A stretch of 34,085 nucleotides of DNA, taken from a virus. The stretch lies in IMG/VR virus record IMGVR_UViG_3300016675_000314; one strand, given 5' to 3'. The notes under the pieces were generated by a model. That model saw nothing but the letters and a program-made list of their open reading frames with translations. It did not search any database and had not been told where the DNA came from. The position numbers were made by a program, and so were the translations under genes. Of this stretch, positions 1-8,824 are shown one piece after another (position 1 is the stretch's first letter; the number at the start of each line of letters is the position of its first letter).

Positions 1-198
1 AAAACCAAACCCTTTTTTGAGATTTGTGATTACATCAAAGCTGGTTCTTGTACTATGCATGATTTCATACCAGATAACAAGACTATTCTTTTCCAGCATA
101 TTGAGAAGAAACAACAAATGTAGTTTGTTATCAGAGACGGTAATGTCAAGAAACTCTGGATAAAGTCCAGTCTCGTGTTTTACTTTTACAATAATCAT
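1..198 (-). CDS. hypothetical protein, runs off the window start
   Basis: Read by hand: ATG at 198, MIIVKVKHETGLYPEFLDITVSDNK..., open to position 1; starts 5 nt after the stop of the 204..563 ORF. Confidence 0.55.
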   Translation of the reverse strand, partial: MIIVKVKHETGLYPEFLDITVSDNKLHLLFLLNMLEKNSLVIWYEIMHSTRTSFDVITNLKKGFGF

Positions 199-203
199 TT
201 TAA

Positions 204-563
204 CTACAAATTTAGAAATACTTCATTATACTTACGGATTGTCTGGTGCTTTAGTTTATAATTTATTACATGCTTTATTCGTTCAATTAGTAATTTTAAA
301 TTAACATCACCAGTGTAGTCATAAACGACCTTGCGCCGTTCTGTAATGCCGTAAATATCTTTTGTTCTCTGCGTTAGGGGTTTAAAAATATAACTGAATT
401 TTAACAAAGCTTTTGGTTCTTTGATAATGTAAACCTGGATACCTTTATAAATAAAAGTACTACCGGACATAGGTACAGCGGCCCTATATCTAGAATAATT
501 CAAGGTGATGCCATTGTTTCTGGTAAACCTGTGTATTGGGTAGCGACCGTTTTTGTTTTTCAT
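204..563 (-). CDS. hypothetical basic protein
   Basis: 119-aa ORF on the coding strand, AGGA upstream; no recognisable motif. Confidence 0.55.
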   Translation of the reverse strand: MKNKNGRYPIHRFTRNNGITLNYSRYRAAVPMSGSTFIYKGIQVYIIKEPKALLKFSYIFKPLTQRTKDIYGITERRKVVYDYTGDVNLKLLIERIKHVINYKLKHQTIRKYNEVFLNL

Positions 564-684
564 TTTTATTAATGTTCCTAGTAATTAAGAATAATCTAAT
601 CCGTATTTTTATAATCCCAGTCTTTGGTACGCTGTTATAATAAAATAAGGTTATAAATAGTAAGAACTCATAACGACTATGAGA

Positions 685-1209
685 CTACGTCCCAGTGTCG
701 GCTGGATAGCAAATTTCACGCAATTGTCGTGAAAGCACCAAATCAGATTCAATCATTGCACGGTATCGTTCAAACTCCTCTTCAGTGTAAGGACGTTCAT
801 TAATGATACATTCTTGTTGGAATCTGTCGGCTTTTTCCAACTTCTTAATGAACTCTATAACCTTGAAGTTGAATTTGAATGCAGCGTTATACTTAATCAA
901 TGTACCGACAAACATGCGCGGCGGGATAACCAACCGCTCATATTGCATAACTGGGGCTTTGTCATAGACATAACTGGTCATCCACCCCGATCTGTACTTG
1001 CGTGGTTTACCATTCAACTGGTAGACATCCCACCAACAGTTACTGAGGGCGTATGTGGAACGAAGGTTAATCACCAGTCCTTTGCCATCCAGGTCTTTCA
1101 TATTCCGAATACGGAAACGCTTTACTCGGTTGTAGGCTTCCAGGAGGTCTTGATCTTGATGTGTGAATACCACATCCTGACCATGAGCGTTCTTAAAAGA
1201 AGTGAGCAT
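685..1209 (-). CDS. hypothetical protein
   Basis: 174-aa ORF, TAGGA-N8-ATG ribosome-binding site. Confidence 0.75.
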   Translation of the reverse strand: MLTSFKNAHGQDVVFTHQDQDLLEAYNRVKRFRIRNMKDLDGKGLVINLRSTYALSNCWWDVYQLNGKPRKYRSGWMTSYVYDKAPVMQYERLVIPPRMFVGTLIKYNAAFKFNFKVIEFIKKLEKADRFQQECIINERPYTEEEFERYRAMIESDLVLSRQLREICYPADTGT

Positions 1210-1229
1210 TTTTGTAGTCCTAGAAATAG

Positions 1230-1403
1230 TTAAGAAGTTGTTGTAGTAACGATAGTCTTTTTATCCCATACTTTCTTTTCGGGATTCCAGACATAGTCGT
1301 CATTGACTCCGTTTTCATACCAGTCGACGTTGTTTAGGTGTTTGTTGAAAGTTTTTCACTTTGTAATCCTTATACCAGACGAACAAGCTTTGATACGACT
1401 CAT
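1230..1403 (-). pseudogene. small frameshifted ORF (or homopolymer assembly error)
   Basis: ATG overlaps the upstream stop (ATGA); in-frame TGA at 1356-1358, then a protein-like tail KTFNKHLNNVDWYENGVNDDYVWNPEKKVW to TAA at 1230. Confidence 0.35.
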
Positions 1404-1600
1404 GACTCAAAGTCAACAGGGGTTCCCCAGGTTTCGCGCATCTTTGCAAATTGGCTTTTGACCAACTTGGCGTTAAGAGTTTTAGCTTTTGCCACAACTT
1501 GTCCAGAAGACAACTTGGGTTCAAAGGCATAGTCCTTGGACAGAGACACGACCTTGCGCGCGATAGTTTTACGGTATTTGCGATTGAAACGAGTTTTCAT
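1400..1600 (-). CDS. small basic hypothetical protein
   Basis: 66-aa ORF, AAGGGA upstream, 2 nt after the previous stop. Confidence 0.65.
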   Translation of the reverse strand: MKTRFNRKYRKTIARKVVSLSKDYAFEPKLSSGQVVAKAKTLNAKLVKSQFAKMRETWGTPVDFES

Positions 1601-1602
1601 GT

Positions 1603-2082
1603 TTATTTCCCTTGGAGTTTGACTTTGTCGATGATTTCCTGAGCAGACAATAGAGGTTTGTACTGATCAGGATAGAGCGGAACGTTACCAAACTGACGAA
1701 TAGTTGTTCGTGTCAAAACACCCCAACGTTCGTATGGGGTCATCTTGTCAACGAGTACTCGGACCATTTCTTCCGAGTATGGAATTTGTACACCGCCACA
1801 GTGGCGAATTTCACCGGAGACATAGTCTTCGACGATTGGAAAATATGAAGCTGGACTTGTCGAATAAACTTGTCCATATGCGTCATATCGGAGAAGTTTC
1901 CCAACGACTGGATTTTCCCACTCGTTGGAAATACAGATAACTACCTTGCCGACAGAAGCTTCAAGCGCAGCGATTTTAATGTTTCGCTGTTCAGTGATAA
2001 CTTTCCCTTGACCGTAAATCGATCCATCAAGGAAAGCTTTTTTCTTCTGCTTGCTGAAAAAGAAATCAAATAAACGAAACAT
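1603..2082 (-). CDS. hypothetical protein
   Basis: 159-aa ORF, CAGGA-N5-ATG. Confidence 0.75.
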   Translation of the reverse strand: MFRLFDFFFSKQKKKAFLDGSIYGQGKVITEQRNIKIAALEASVGKVVICISNEWENPVVGKLLRYDAYGQVYSTSPASYFPIVEDYVSGEIRHCGGVQIPYSEEMVRVLVDKMTPYERWGVLTRTTIRQFGNVPLYPDQYKPLLSAQEIIDKVKLQGK

Positions 2083-2098
2083 GATTATCCTGAAGTTA

Positions 2099-2130
2099 TA
2101 AGACGTAGGAGGTTGTCCCCCTACGTCTTA
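2099..2130 (-). terminator. intergenic hairpin, putative terminator
   Basis: taagacgtagg...cctacgtctta, 11-bp inverted repeat. Confidence 0.6.
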
Positions 2131-2330
2131 GTTATTATGCAGCGGCCAGCTTGTGGGCGTGGTTGATGAGTTTCATCTTCCACGTCGTACCTGCAGCGTC
2201 CATCTTTCTGTGGGTAGGCGTACCCAATTCAATCGGTGCAGCCAATGGGAGACCAACCGAGTTTTTGATCCGTTGCTTGAGGGCTTCGCGTTCGGTTGCC
2301 TACAACGTCTTCTTCAGGTGTCTTCTTCGA

Positions 2331-3134
2331 TCAGTTTTTCAGATCTTTAAGATCGGAAACCTGCTGCACAGCCTCGCTCATGACTCTGTCGTAATTCATC
2401 TGACACCGAACCCTTGTCGACTCTGCCAAATCTTCCAACTGTTTCTGATCGTCCACCGCTTGGGTAGGTTGCTCAGGATTTTTGACTTGTTCGATCTGAT
2501 AGATGGCCTCCCCGAGTGCAGCGCTCATGTCGTCTCGTTCCCCTTCACCAACTGTGAAGTTGATATACAATCTACCACCAGGTCTTGTGAACGCAATGTA
2601 GCCGTGAGTTGACAATTCGAAACAGAGACTGATGGGAATATTCTTACTTGCTGCTTTCGCACGAAGTTCCCCCAGCAGCCGGGTCTGCTCTTTGGTGAGT
2701 TCCCACTTCTTTTCCGCTTCACGTTTTTCACGATTGACGGGATAGTTGGCTTCACGGGCTTCTTTCATGATGATGTCGATTTCGTCATCGGTCGGCATTT
2801 CACCTTTCAACTTCTCGCTCAGCGTGGACACGATCAAATACGTGACGTATTCAGCCTGTTTACGCGAGATACGTCGATGAATATCGCTGAAGTTGCAAGC
2901 TTCCTTGGTGATTGACCCTTTAAGCTTCGTAGCTTCTTCGTATTGATCCGGTGTAGGCGCGCTGAAGTAGATTTGTCCAAGATCCACCTGAGGCCAATAG
3001 TTACCAGGCCGATACATCCCCAGGGACATTTCACCAACACCAAACGCGTTGATATGGGACCCGGAAGAAGACACCGAGGCGAAACGAAATGGTGCACCTG
3101 GGAGAGTTTTATCTTGAGACATATTTTCTTTCAT
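2331..3134 (-). CDS. hypothetical protein, C-terminus possibly frameshifted
   Basis: 267-aa ORF; coding-like sequence continues in another frame to TAA at 2135. Confidence 0.75.
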   Translation of the reverse strand: MKENMSQDKTLPGAPFRFASVSSSGSHINAFGVGEMSLGMYRPGNYWPQVDLGQIYFSAPTPDQYEEATKLKGSITKEACNFSDIHRRISRKQAEYVTYLIVSTLSEKLKGEMPTDDEIDIIMKEAREANYPVNREKREAEKKWELTKEQTRLLGELRAKAASKNIPISLCFELSTHGYIAFTRPGGRLYINFTVGEGERDDMSAALGEAIYQIEQVKNPEQPTQAVDDQKQLEDLAESTRVRCQMNYDRVMSEAVQQVSDLKDLKN

Positions 3135-3205
3135 TGATTAATAAAGAGATTTGTGACAAGCCCATGTTAAAAGTTGGGCGTCTTATAAAGACTAATAGCT
3201 AATCC

Positions 3206-3487
3206 CTACAAAGAGTCAATTTTTTCGCTAATTTTTCTCAAATTAACGACGAAGTTGTTGTTAGGTTCGTTCGTAAATTCGTATTCATGGTCCACCATGT
3301 TTGTACTACGGCTAACCAAGGAAATGGTTCCAGAGGCACGGTCGTTAAACTCGATGCTCAGGTTATACCACTTCTTCTCTACAAGTCTGTTAACCTTAGC
3401 AAGTTCTACTTTCTCTTCAATGGTTAAAATTTGAGCGCTTTCGATGGCGGATCGAGCTACTGCTTCAGGATTCTTTTTGAATTCCAT
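3206..3487 (-). CDS. hypothetical protein
   Basis: ORF track 3206..3565; start moved to the ATG at 3487 (GAGG upstream), which removes the overlap with the upstream gene. Confidence 0.6.
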   Translation of the reverse strand: MEFKKNPEAVARSAIESAQILTIEEKVELAKVNRLVEKKWYNLSIEFNDRASGTISLVSRSTNMVDHEYEFTNEPNNNFVVNLRKISEKIDSL

Positions 3488-3525
3488 TTTCATTTCCTCT
3501 TTAGTTGGATGGTTGTCCTGTCTAG

Positions 3526-4038
3526 TTAGTTTCCAAGCATGCGGTTGATATTCTGTTTGAACCACTTCTGGGTTTTCTTTTTATCGCATGTCCATCCAAC
3601 CTCAATACGTTCACCTTTACAGTGAACGTAATTCGGCTTTAAGGGGACTTGTTTTCTAAAAAGAGTTTCTGCTTTCGCGAGGTGGAAGTTGTGAAAGGAT
3701 TGGTTTTTATTGCCACGGAGTTCACGTTGCAATAACTGTGTAAGCACGTCGTGGTACGTCAATACCACATATCGGTTCTTACCTACGACCGCACCAAACG
3801 ACTTAACGTGTAGAACACTTTCCTCGTAAGCGTGGGATGTAGTACGACTGTTTTTGAAGAGAATGCCGTCGCGACGCACAAACGGCGTTTTGATCTTGGC
3901 ATTGCGTGTGTTTTTCTTTTTCTTACCGTAACGAATTGGCATATATAAATTCTTTTCAGTTAGCAAATGTCGTAAATTTGATTGTGTTTGAAAACGCTTC
4001 TCAGCGCAGTGGCTGAGAAGCGTTTTATTATCAGACAT
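3526..4038 (-). CDS. hypothetical basic protein
   Basis: 170-aa K/R-rich ORF. Confidence 0.6.
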   Translation of the reverse strand: MSDNKTLLSHCAEKRFQTQSNLRHLLTEKNLYMPIRYGKKKKNTRNAKIKTPFVRRDGILFKNSRTTSHAYEESVLHVKSFGAVVGKNRYVVLTYHDVLTQLLQRELRGNKNQSFHNFHLAKAETLFRKQVPLKPNYVHCKGERIEVGWTCDKKKTQKWFKQNINRMLGN

Positions 4039-4236
4039 TACGTATTCTTGATATAAAGGTCCGGTCGAGTACCCAAGTGTTGTTACTGTATTTCATAATC
4101 TTTTTTCTTGATCGTTAGGAACTCATTTAACAAAGCCGTCTTTATAAGCTTTGTTTTTCATTCCTGTAAATAGAAATTTCAACATGTTTACTTTCAATAT
4201 GGTTTGTTGTCTCATGGTTCTTTTGGAAGTCCATGA

Positions 4237-6270
<2,034 letters not shown>

Positions 6271-6287
6271 TTATTAAAGAAAATATA

Positions 6288-6329
6288 AGACACACATACA
6301 GACGGGATATCCCGTCTGTATGTGTGTCT
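6288..6329. terminator. 42-nt perfect palindrome, putative terminator
   Basis: agacacacatacagacgggat|atcccgtctgtatgtgtgtct, immediately after the 6332 stop, T-rich tail on the minus strand. Confidence 0.75.
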
Positions 6330-6331
6330 GG

Positions 6332-6778
6332 TTAACTACCGAAATTAAGAGATGGCAGCTTTACCACGTTCTTAACATTGTCCGGTTTGAATGTAATCGC
6401 TGGAACTGACGCAGGCTTGAAGTTCAATTCGCCCTGATTGGTTTCGTAACCAGTAAAGCGAATCGCCCGCACCTCGCGATGCTTTGCACGCACCTCGGAT
6501 ACATATTCTCCACGATAGCTGATAATGCAAATCTGGATAGCGTCCGTGTCATCATACGCCGGATTAACAGGATGCGTCAGCATCTTGCGCACCCTGTTAA
6601 TCAAGTTTCCACCCGTGTTGGTGTGGATACGGTTCGTGTAGTACACACTGTACTCTTCCGTTACAAACTCTGCTCCTGCAGGTAGTCGAATGACGACGCG
6701 CACTCCTTCTGCGCGATATACTTGCTCTTCGAGCTGTTGAACCGTAAAGCGAGATGGTTGATTAATAAAAGTAGCCAT
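6332..6778 (-). CDS. hypothetical protein
   Basis: 148-aa ORF, CAGGAGA RBS. Confidence 0.8.
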   Translation of the reverse strand: MATFINQPSRFTVQQLEEQVYRAEGVRVVIRLPAGAEFVTEEYSVYYTNRIHTNTGGNLINRVRKMLTHPVNPAYDDTDAIQICIISYRGEYVSEVRAKHREVRAIRFTGYETNQGELNFKPASVPAITFKPDNVKNVVKLPSLNFGS

Positions 6779-6873
6779 AGTTTTCTCCTGATGTAGATAA
6801 GGGTAAATAGATGCAGTAAAAATGTTCTTATTAACGCTGCATTACCATTAATAAGAAATATACATTGCAGTCA

Positions 6874-6907
6874 TATACAGGAGTGAGAAAAATCTCACTC
6901 CTGTATA
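6874..6907 (-). terminator. hairpin downstream of the tRNA cluster
   Basis: 15-bp inverted repeat tatacaggagtgaga / tctcactcctgtata, 4-nt loop. Confidence 0.7.
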
Positions 6908-6918
6908 ATAGTTTTTAT

Positions 6919-6994
6919 TGGCTCCACTTCTTGGAATCGAACCAAGCTTCAAGGATTAACAGTCCTCTGCCCACACCGTGTTTGCTTAAGTGGA
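6919..6994 (-). tRNA. tRNA-Asn (GTT)
   Basis: TCCACTT/AAGTGGA acceptor stem, GAGGA-CTGTTAA-TCCTT anticodon arm, CTTGG-TTCGATT-CCAAG T arm, G73 plus encoded CCA; D arm atypical. Confidence 0.88.
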
Positions 6995-6999
6995 ATATT

Positions 7000-7089
7000 T
7001 GGTGCTGTCGGTGAGATTCGAACTCACGAGAAGAGTTATCTTCTGACGCCTTACAAGAGCGTTGCCTTAGACCACTCGGCCACAACAGC
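7000..7089 (-). tRNA. tRNA with Thr (TGT) anticodon and long (class II) variable arm
   Basis: GCTGTTG/CGACAGC acceptor, ACGCT-CTTGTAA-GGCGT anticodon arm, AGAAGA-TAAC-TCTTCT variable stem, GTGAG-TTCGAAT-CTCAC T arm, A73 plus CCA. Confidence 0.88.
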
Positions 7090-7110
7090 TAAACGTAATA
7101 CAAGACTACA

Positions 7111-7166
7111 TAGTGGGCGAAGCCGGGATCGAACCGGCACGCCATTACAGGCACAAGATTTTAAGT
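7111..7166 (-). pseudogene. 3' part of split tRNA-Leu (TAA)
   Basis: A-CTTAAAA-TCTTG, variable arm TGCCTGTAATGGCGT, GCCGG-TTCGATC-CCGGC, TTCGCCC-A-CTA (CTA in place of CCA). Confidence 0.85.
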
Positions 7167-7177
7167 ACAGTCATATA

Positions 7178-7271
7178 TGGTGCGACGAGTGGGGTTCGAA
7201 CCCACGGTGTGATCATTAATCTGTGTCGGGTTTTAAGCCCGATGCGTTTCAACCAATTTCGCCATCGTCGC
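7178..7271 (-). tRNA. tRNA-Leu (TAA), intact, nested
   Basis: GCGACGA/TCGTCGC acceptor, GCG-AAATTGGTTGAAA-CGC D arm, TCGGG-CTTAAAA-CCCGA, long variable region, GTGGG-TTCGAAC-CCCAC, A73 plus CCA. Confidence 0.92.
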
Positions 7272-7821
7272 TTTTATTTGTTTTTGGTCTACCTCTGGGA
7301 AATTTATCCACAATAGGACCACCAGCATCTGTGTATGACACGCCTCTCAAGATGTTTTCAATCGTTCTTCTATTTAAATTAGTGTTTGCAATTAATTCTG
7401 GTTTTGTGACGTTACCTGAAACAAAGTTTTCTCGCATTTCTTTAACTTTATTTTCGTCAAGTAAAGCCATACCGTTTTTAGAACCACTGCGTTTTTGTTC
7501 ATTGGTTTGTTTGTAACCTAACGATCTTTTATTGCCAATTGACGATTTTCTGGCATTTTCAGAATGAGATAACAACTGTAAATTGTCACTATCGTCGTTG
7601 GTTTTATCTTCGTCTACATGGTCAACCGTTTCATCTTCAACTAGGCGTCTGCCAATTCTTACTTCTAATTTTACTTTTGCTAATTGTCTAACCGTTTTTT
7701 CGCCGGTTTTAGTATTTCTAAGACCTACTCTCGCTCTATTATCTTTAGCAATAGAGGGTCCGGTTATTCTATCAAATTCTGGATATAAGTCAAGAATTTT
7801 TCTTTTAAGTTCAATTTGCAT
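7249..7821 (-). CDS. HNH homing endonuclease
   Basis: ETVDHVDEDKTNDDSDNLQLLSHSENARK (HNH_3-type DH...N...NL...EN motif), followed by a GSKNG segment and an HTH-like C-terminal region. Confidence 0.9.
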   Translation of the reverse strand: MQIELKRKILDLYPEFDRITGPSIAKDNRARVGLRNTKTGEKTVRQLAKVKLEVRIGRRLVEDETVDHVDEDKTNDDSDNLQLLSHSENARKSSIGNKRSLGYKQTNEQKRSGSKNGMALLDENKVKEMRENFVSGNVTKPELIANTNLNRRTIENILRGVSYTDAGGPIVDKFPRGRPKTNKSDDGEIG

Positions 7822-7856
7822 GATAATTGGTAGACATAGTTATTACAAAGTATTAA

Positions 7857-7883
7857 TGTGTCTACCAATTCCACCATTCGCCC
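7857..7883 (-). pseudogene. 5' part of split tRNA-Leu (TAA)
   Basis: GGGCGAA-TG-GTG-GAATTGGTAGA-CAC-A: Leu-type D arm; the acceptor strand is exactly complementary to TTCGCCC at 7115-7121. Confidence 0.85.
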
Positions 7884-7901
7884 ACTATGTAGTCTCTTTT
7901 A

Positions 7902-7930
7902 CATATTAGTTCGCTGTGTAGTAAAATTTT
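7902..7930 (-). promoter_or_regulatory. possible promoter for the tRNA cluster
   Basis: AAAATTTTAC followed about 20 nt later by TATG; resembles my recollection of the phiKZ middle (AAanntTAC) and late (TATG) motifs. Confidence 0.3.
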
Positions 7931-7931
7931 C

Positions 7932-8201
7932 CTATACAGCTTCGTATAGCTTGCCTTCTTTTAACCCTGTAAGAGTCTCGCGTCCTTTATGCGTAAGCTC
8001 ATACCTAGGAACAAACATTTTACCTCTACTAACATCCTGACCCCATTGTTCTATTAATTTATATTTTAATAATTGTTTTATCCTAGTACTAGCTTGCATA
8101 TCGCTAATATCTAGTTTATGAGCCAGCTCTTGATGATTAGTTGGGAAATGTTCTAATAGCTTTATAATGTTGTTGTAGATTATAGACATGTTGAAAAACA
8201 A
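7932..8201 (-). CDS. small winged-helix/HTH DNA-binding protein
   Basis: HQELAHKLDISDMQASTRIKQLLKYKLIE...YELTHKGRE, a MarR-like wHTH pattern. Confidence 0.75.
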   Translation of the reverse strand: MFFNMSIIYNNIIKLLEHFPTNHQELAHKLDISDMQASTRIKQLLKYKLIEQWGQDVSRGKMFVPRYELTHKGRETLTGLKEGKLYEAV

Positions 8202-8220
8202 AAGTTCGATTCCCCTATAT

Positions 8221-8245
8221 TCTATTTAAAGAATATATGTGTAAA
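8221..8245 (-). promoter_or_regulatory. putative early-type promoter motif (variant)
   Basis: TTTACACATATATTCTTTAAATAGA upstream of the HTH gene. Confidence 0.3.
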
Positions 8246-8263
8246 AAAAATTAGAATATAATT

Positions 8264-8295
8264 TATTACACAGACCATTTACGGTCTGTGTAATA
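8264..8295 (-). terminator. intergenic hairpin
   Basis: 13-bp inverted repeat tattacacagacc / ggtctgtgtaata. Confidence 0.7.
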
Positions 8296-8310
8296 GTTTT
8301 ATTAGAGGCA

Positions 8311-8655
8311 CTAAGCTACTTCCTCCATTGGTAGCCAGGTCTTATTTACAGACTGGTTCCAAATTTTATTCACTTCGACGCATCCTAGCCCCCAGCGCTT
8401 TGCTTGGGTGATAACCCAGTGCCGCCGCCGATACTTTTCAGCAATCGTGTAGTAATCATAAGACGACACTTTCTTAACTGCTTCTCCCAGTTGTGTGCGG
8501 ACGATGTCAAGAATTTTATCATGACTCAAACCGTAAGCGCTTTTCATGCTACGTACGATAAGGCCATAGTCATGGTCCGGCGAAGCTTCAAGGCATTCGA
8601 TTTGGAAGCTATTCCTCACAACGTTAGTGAGGATAATAACATTTTCACAGGTCAT
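8311..8655 (-). CDS. hypothetical protein
   Basis: 114-aa ORF, AAGGAG RBS, bounded by hairpins on both sides. Confidence 0.75.
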   Translation of the reverse strand: MTCENVIILTNVVRNSFQIECLEASPDHDYGLIVRSMKSAYGLSHDKILDIVRTQLGEAVKKVSSYDYYTIAEKYRRRHWVITQAKRWGLGCVEVNKIWNQSVNKTWLPMEEVA

Positions 8656-8686
8656 GCATTACTCCTTTGTATAAGCATGTTTGTCA

Positions 8687-8727
8687 AAATACAGCAATAG
8701 ACTATTTTGTAATCTATTGCTGTATTT
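8687..8727. terminator. intergenic hairpin
   Basis: 15-bp inverted repeat aaatacagcaataga / tctattgctgtattt. Confidence 0.6.
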
Positions 8728-8786
8728 ATTATTAATTAAAACAAAATAAAAAACAACACCATGAAAATAGCATTGTTTTTTATATA

Positions 8787-8816
8787 CCACACAGGGGGAT
8801 GCATCCCCCTGTGTGG
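8787..8816 (-). terminator. 30-nt perfect palindrome, putative terminator
   Basis: ccacacagggggatg|catccccctgtgtgg, 8 nt after the 8825 stop. Confidence 0.7.
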
Positions 8817-8824
8817 GTGGCTGA

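Larger units (their letters stand above)
7167..7856 (-). mobile_element. HNH endonuclease plus replacement tRNA-Leu cassette inserted in a tRNA-Leu gene
   Basis: Lies exactly between the two halves of the outer tRNA; mobility is inferred from the HNH gene. Confidence 0.7.
7103..7895. repeat. 19-bp perfect inverted repeat bounding the split-tRNA/HNH unit (arms 7103-7121 and 7877-7895)
   Basis: agactacatagtgggcgaa ... ttcgcccactatgtagtct. Confidence 0.92.

Noticed and set aside
1230-2333. Stop-codon reassignment suggested by isolated in-frame TGA/TAG
   Set aside because: All long genes are intact in the standard code, TAA, TAG and TGA all end genes, and no suppressor tRNA is present in the window.
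7051-7057. Reading the class II tRNA as Tyr (GTA)
   Set aside because: The ACGCT/GGCGT stem fixes a 7-nt loop centred on TGT; GTA is off-centre by one base.
7167-7856. Group I/II intron interpretation of the tRNA-Leu insert
   Set aside because: The insert is almost fully occupied by the ORF and inner tRNA, leaving no room for a ribozyme core. The site is in the stem rather than the anticodon loop, and precise removal would still leave 4 nt missing.
7103-7895. IS/transposon with terminal inverted repeats
   Set aside because: No transposase and no target-site duplication in the flanks; part of the repeat is simply the tRNA acceptor stem.
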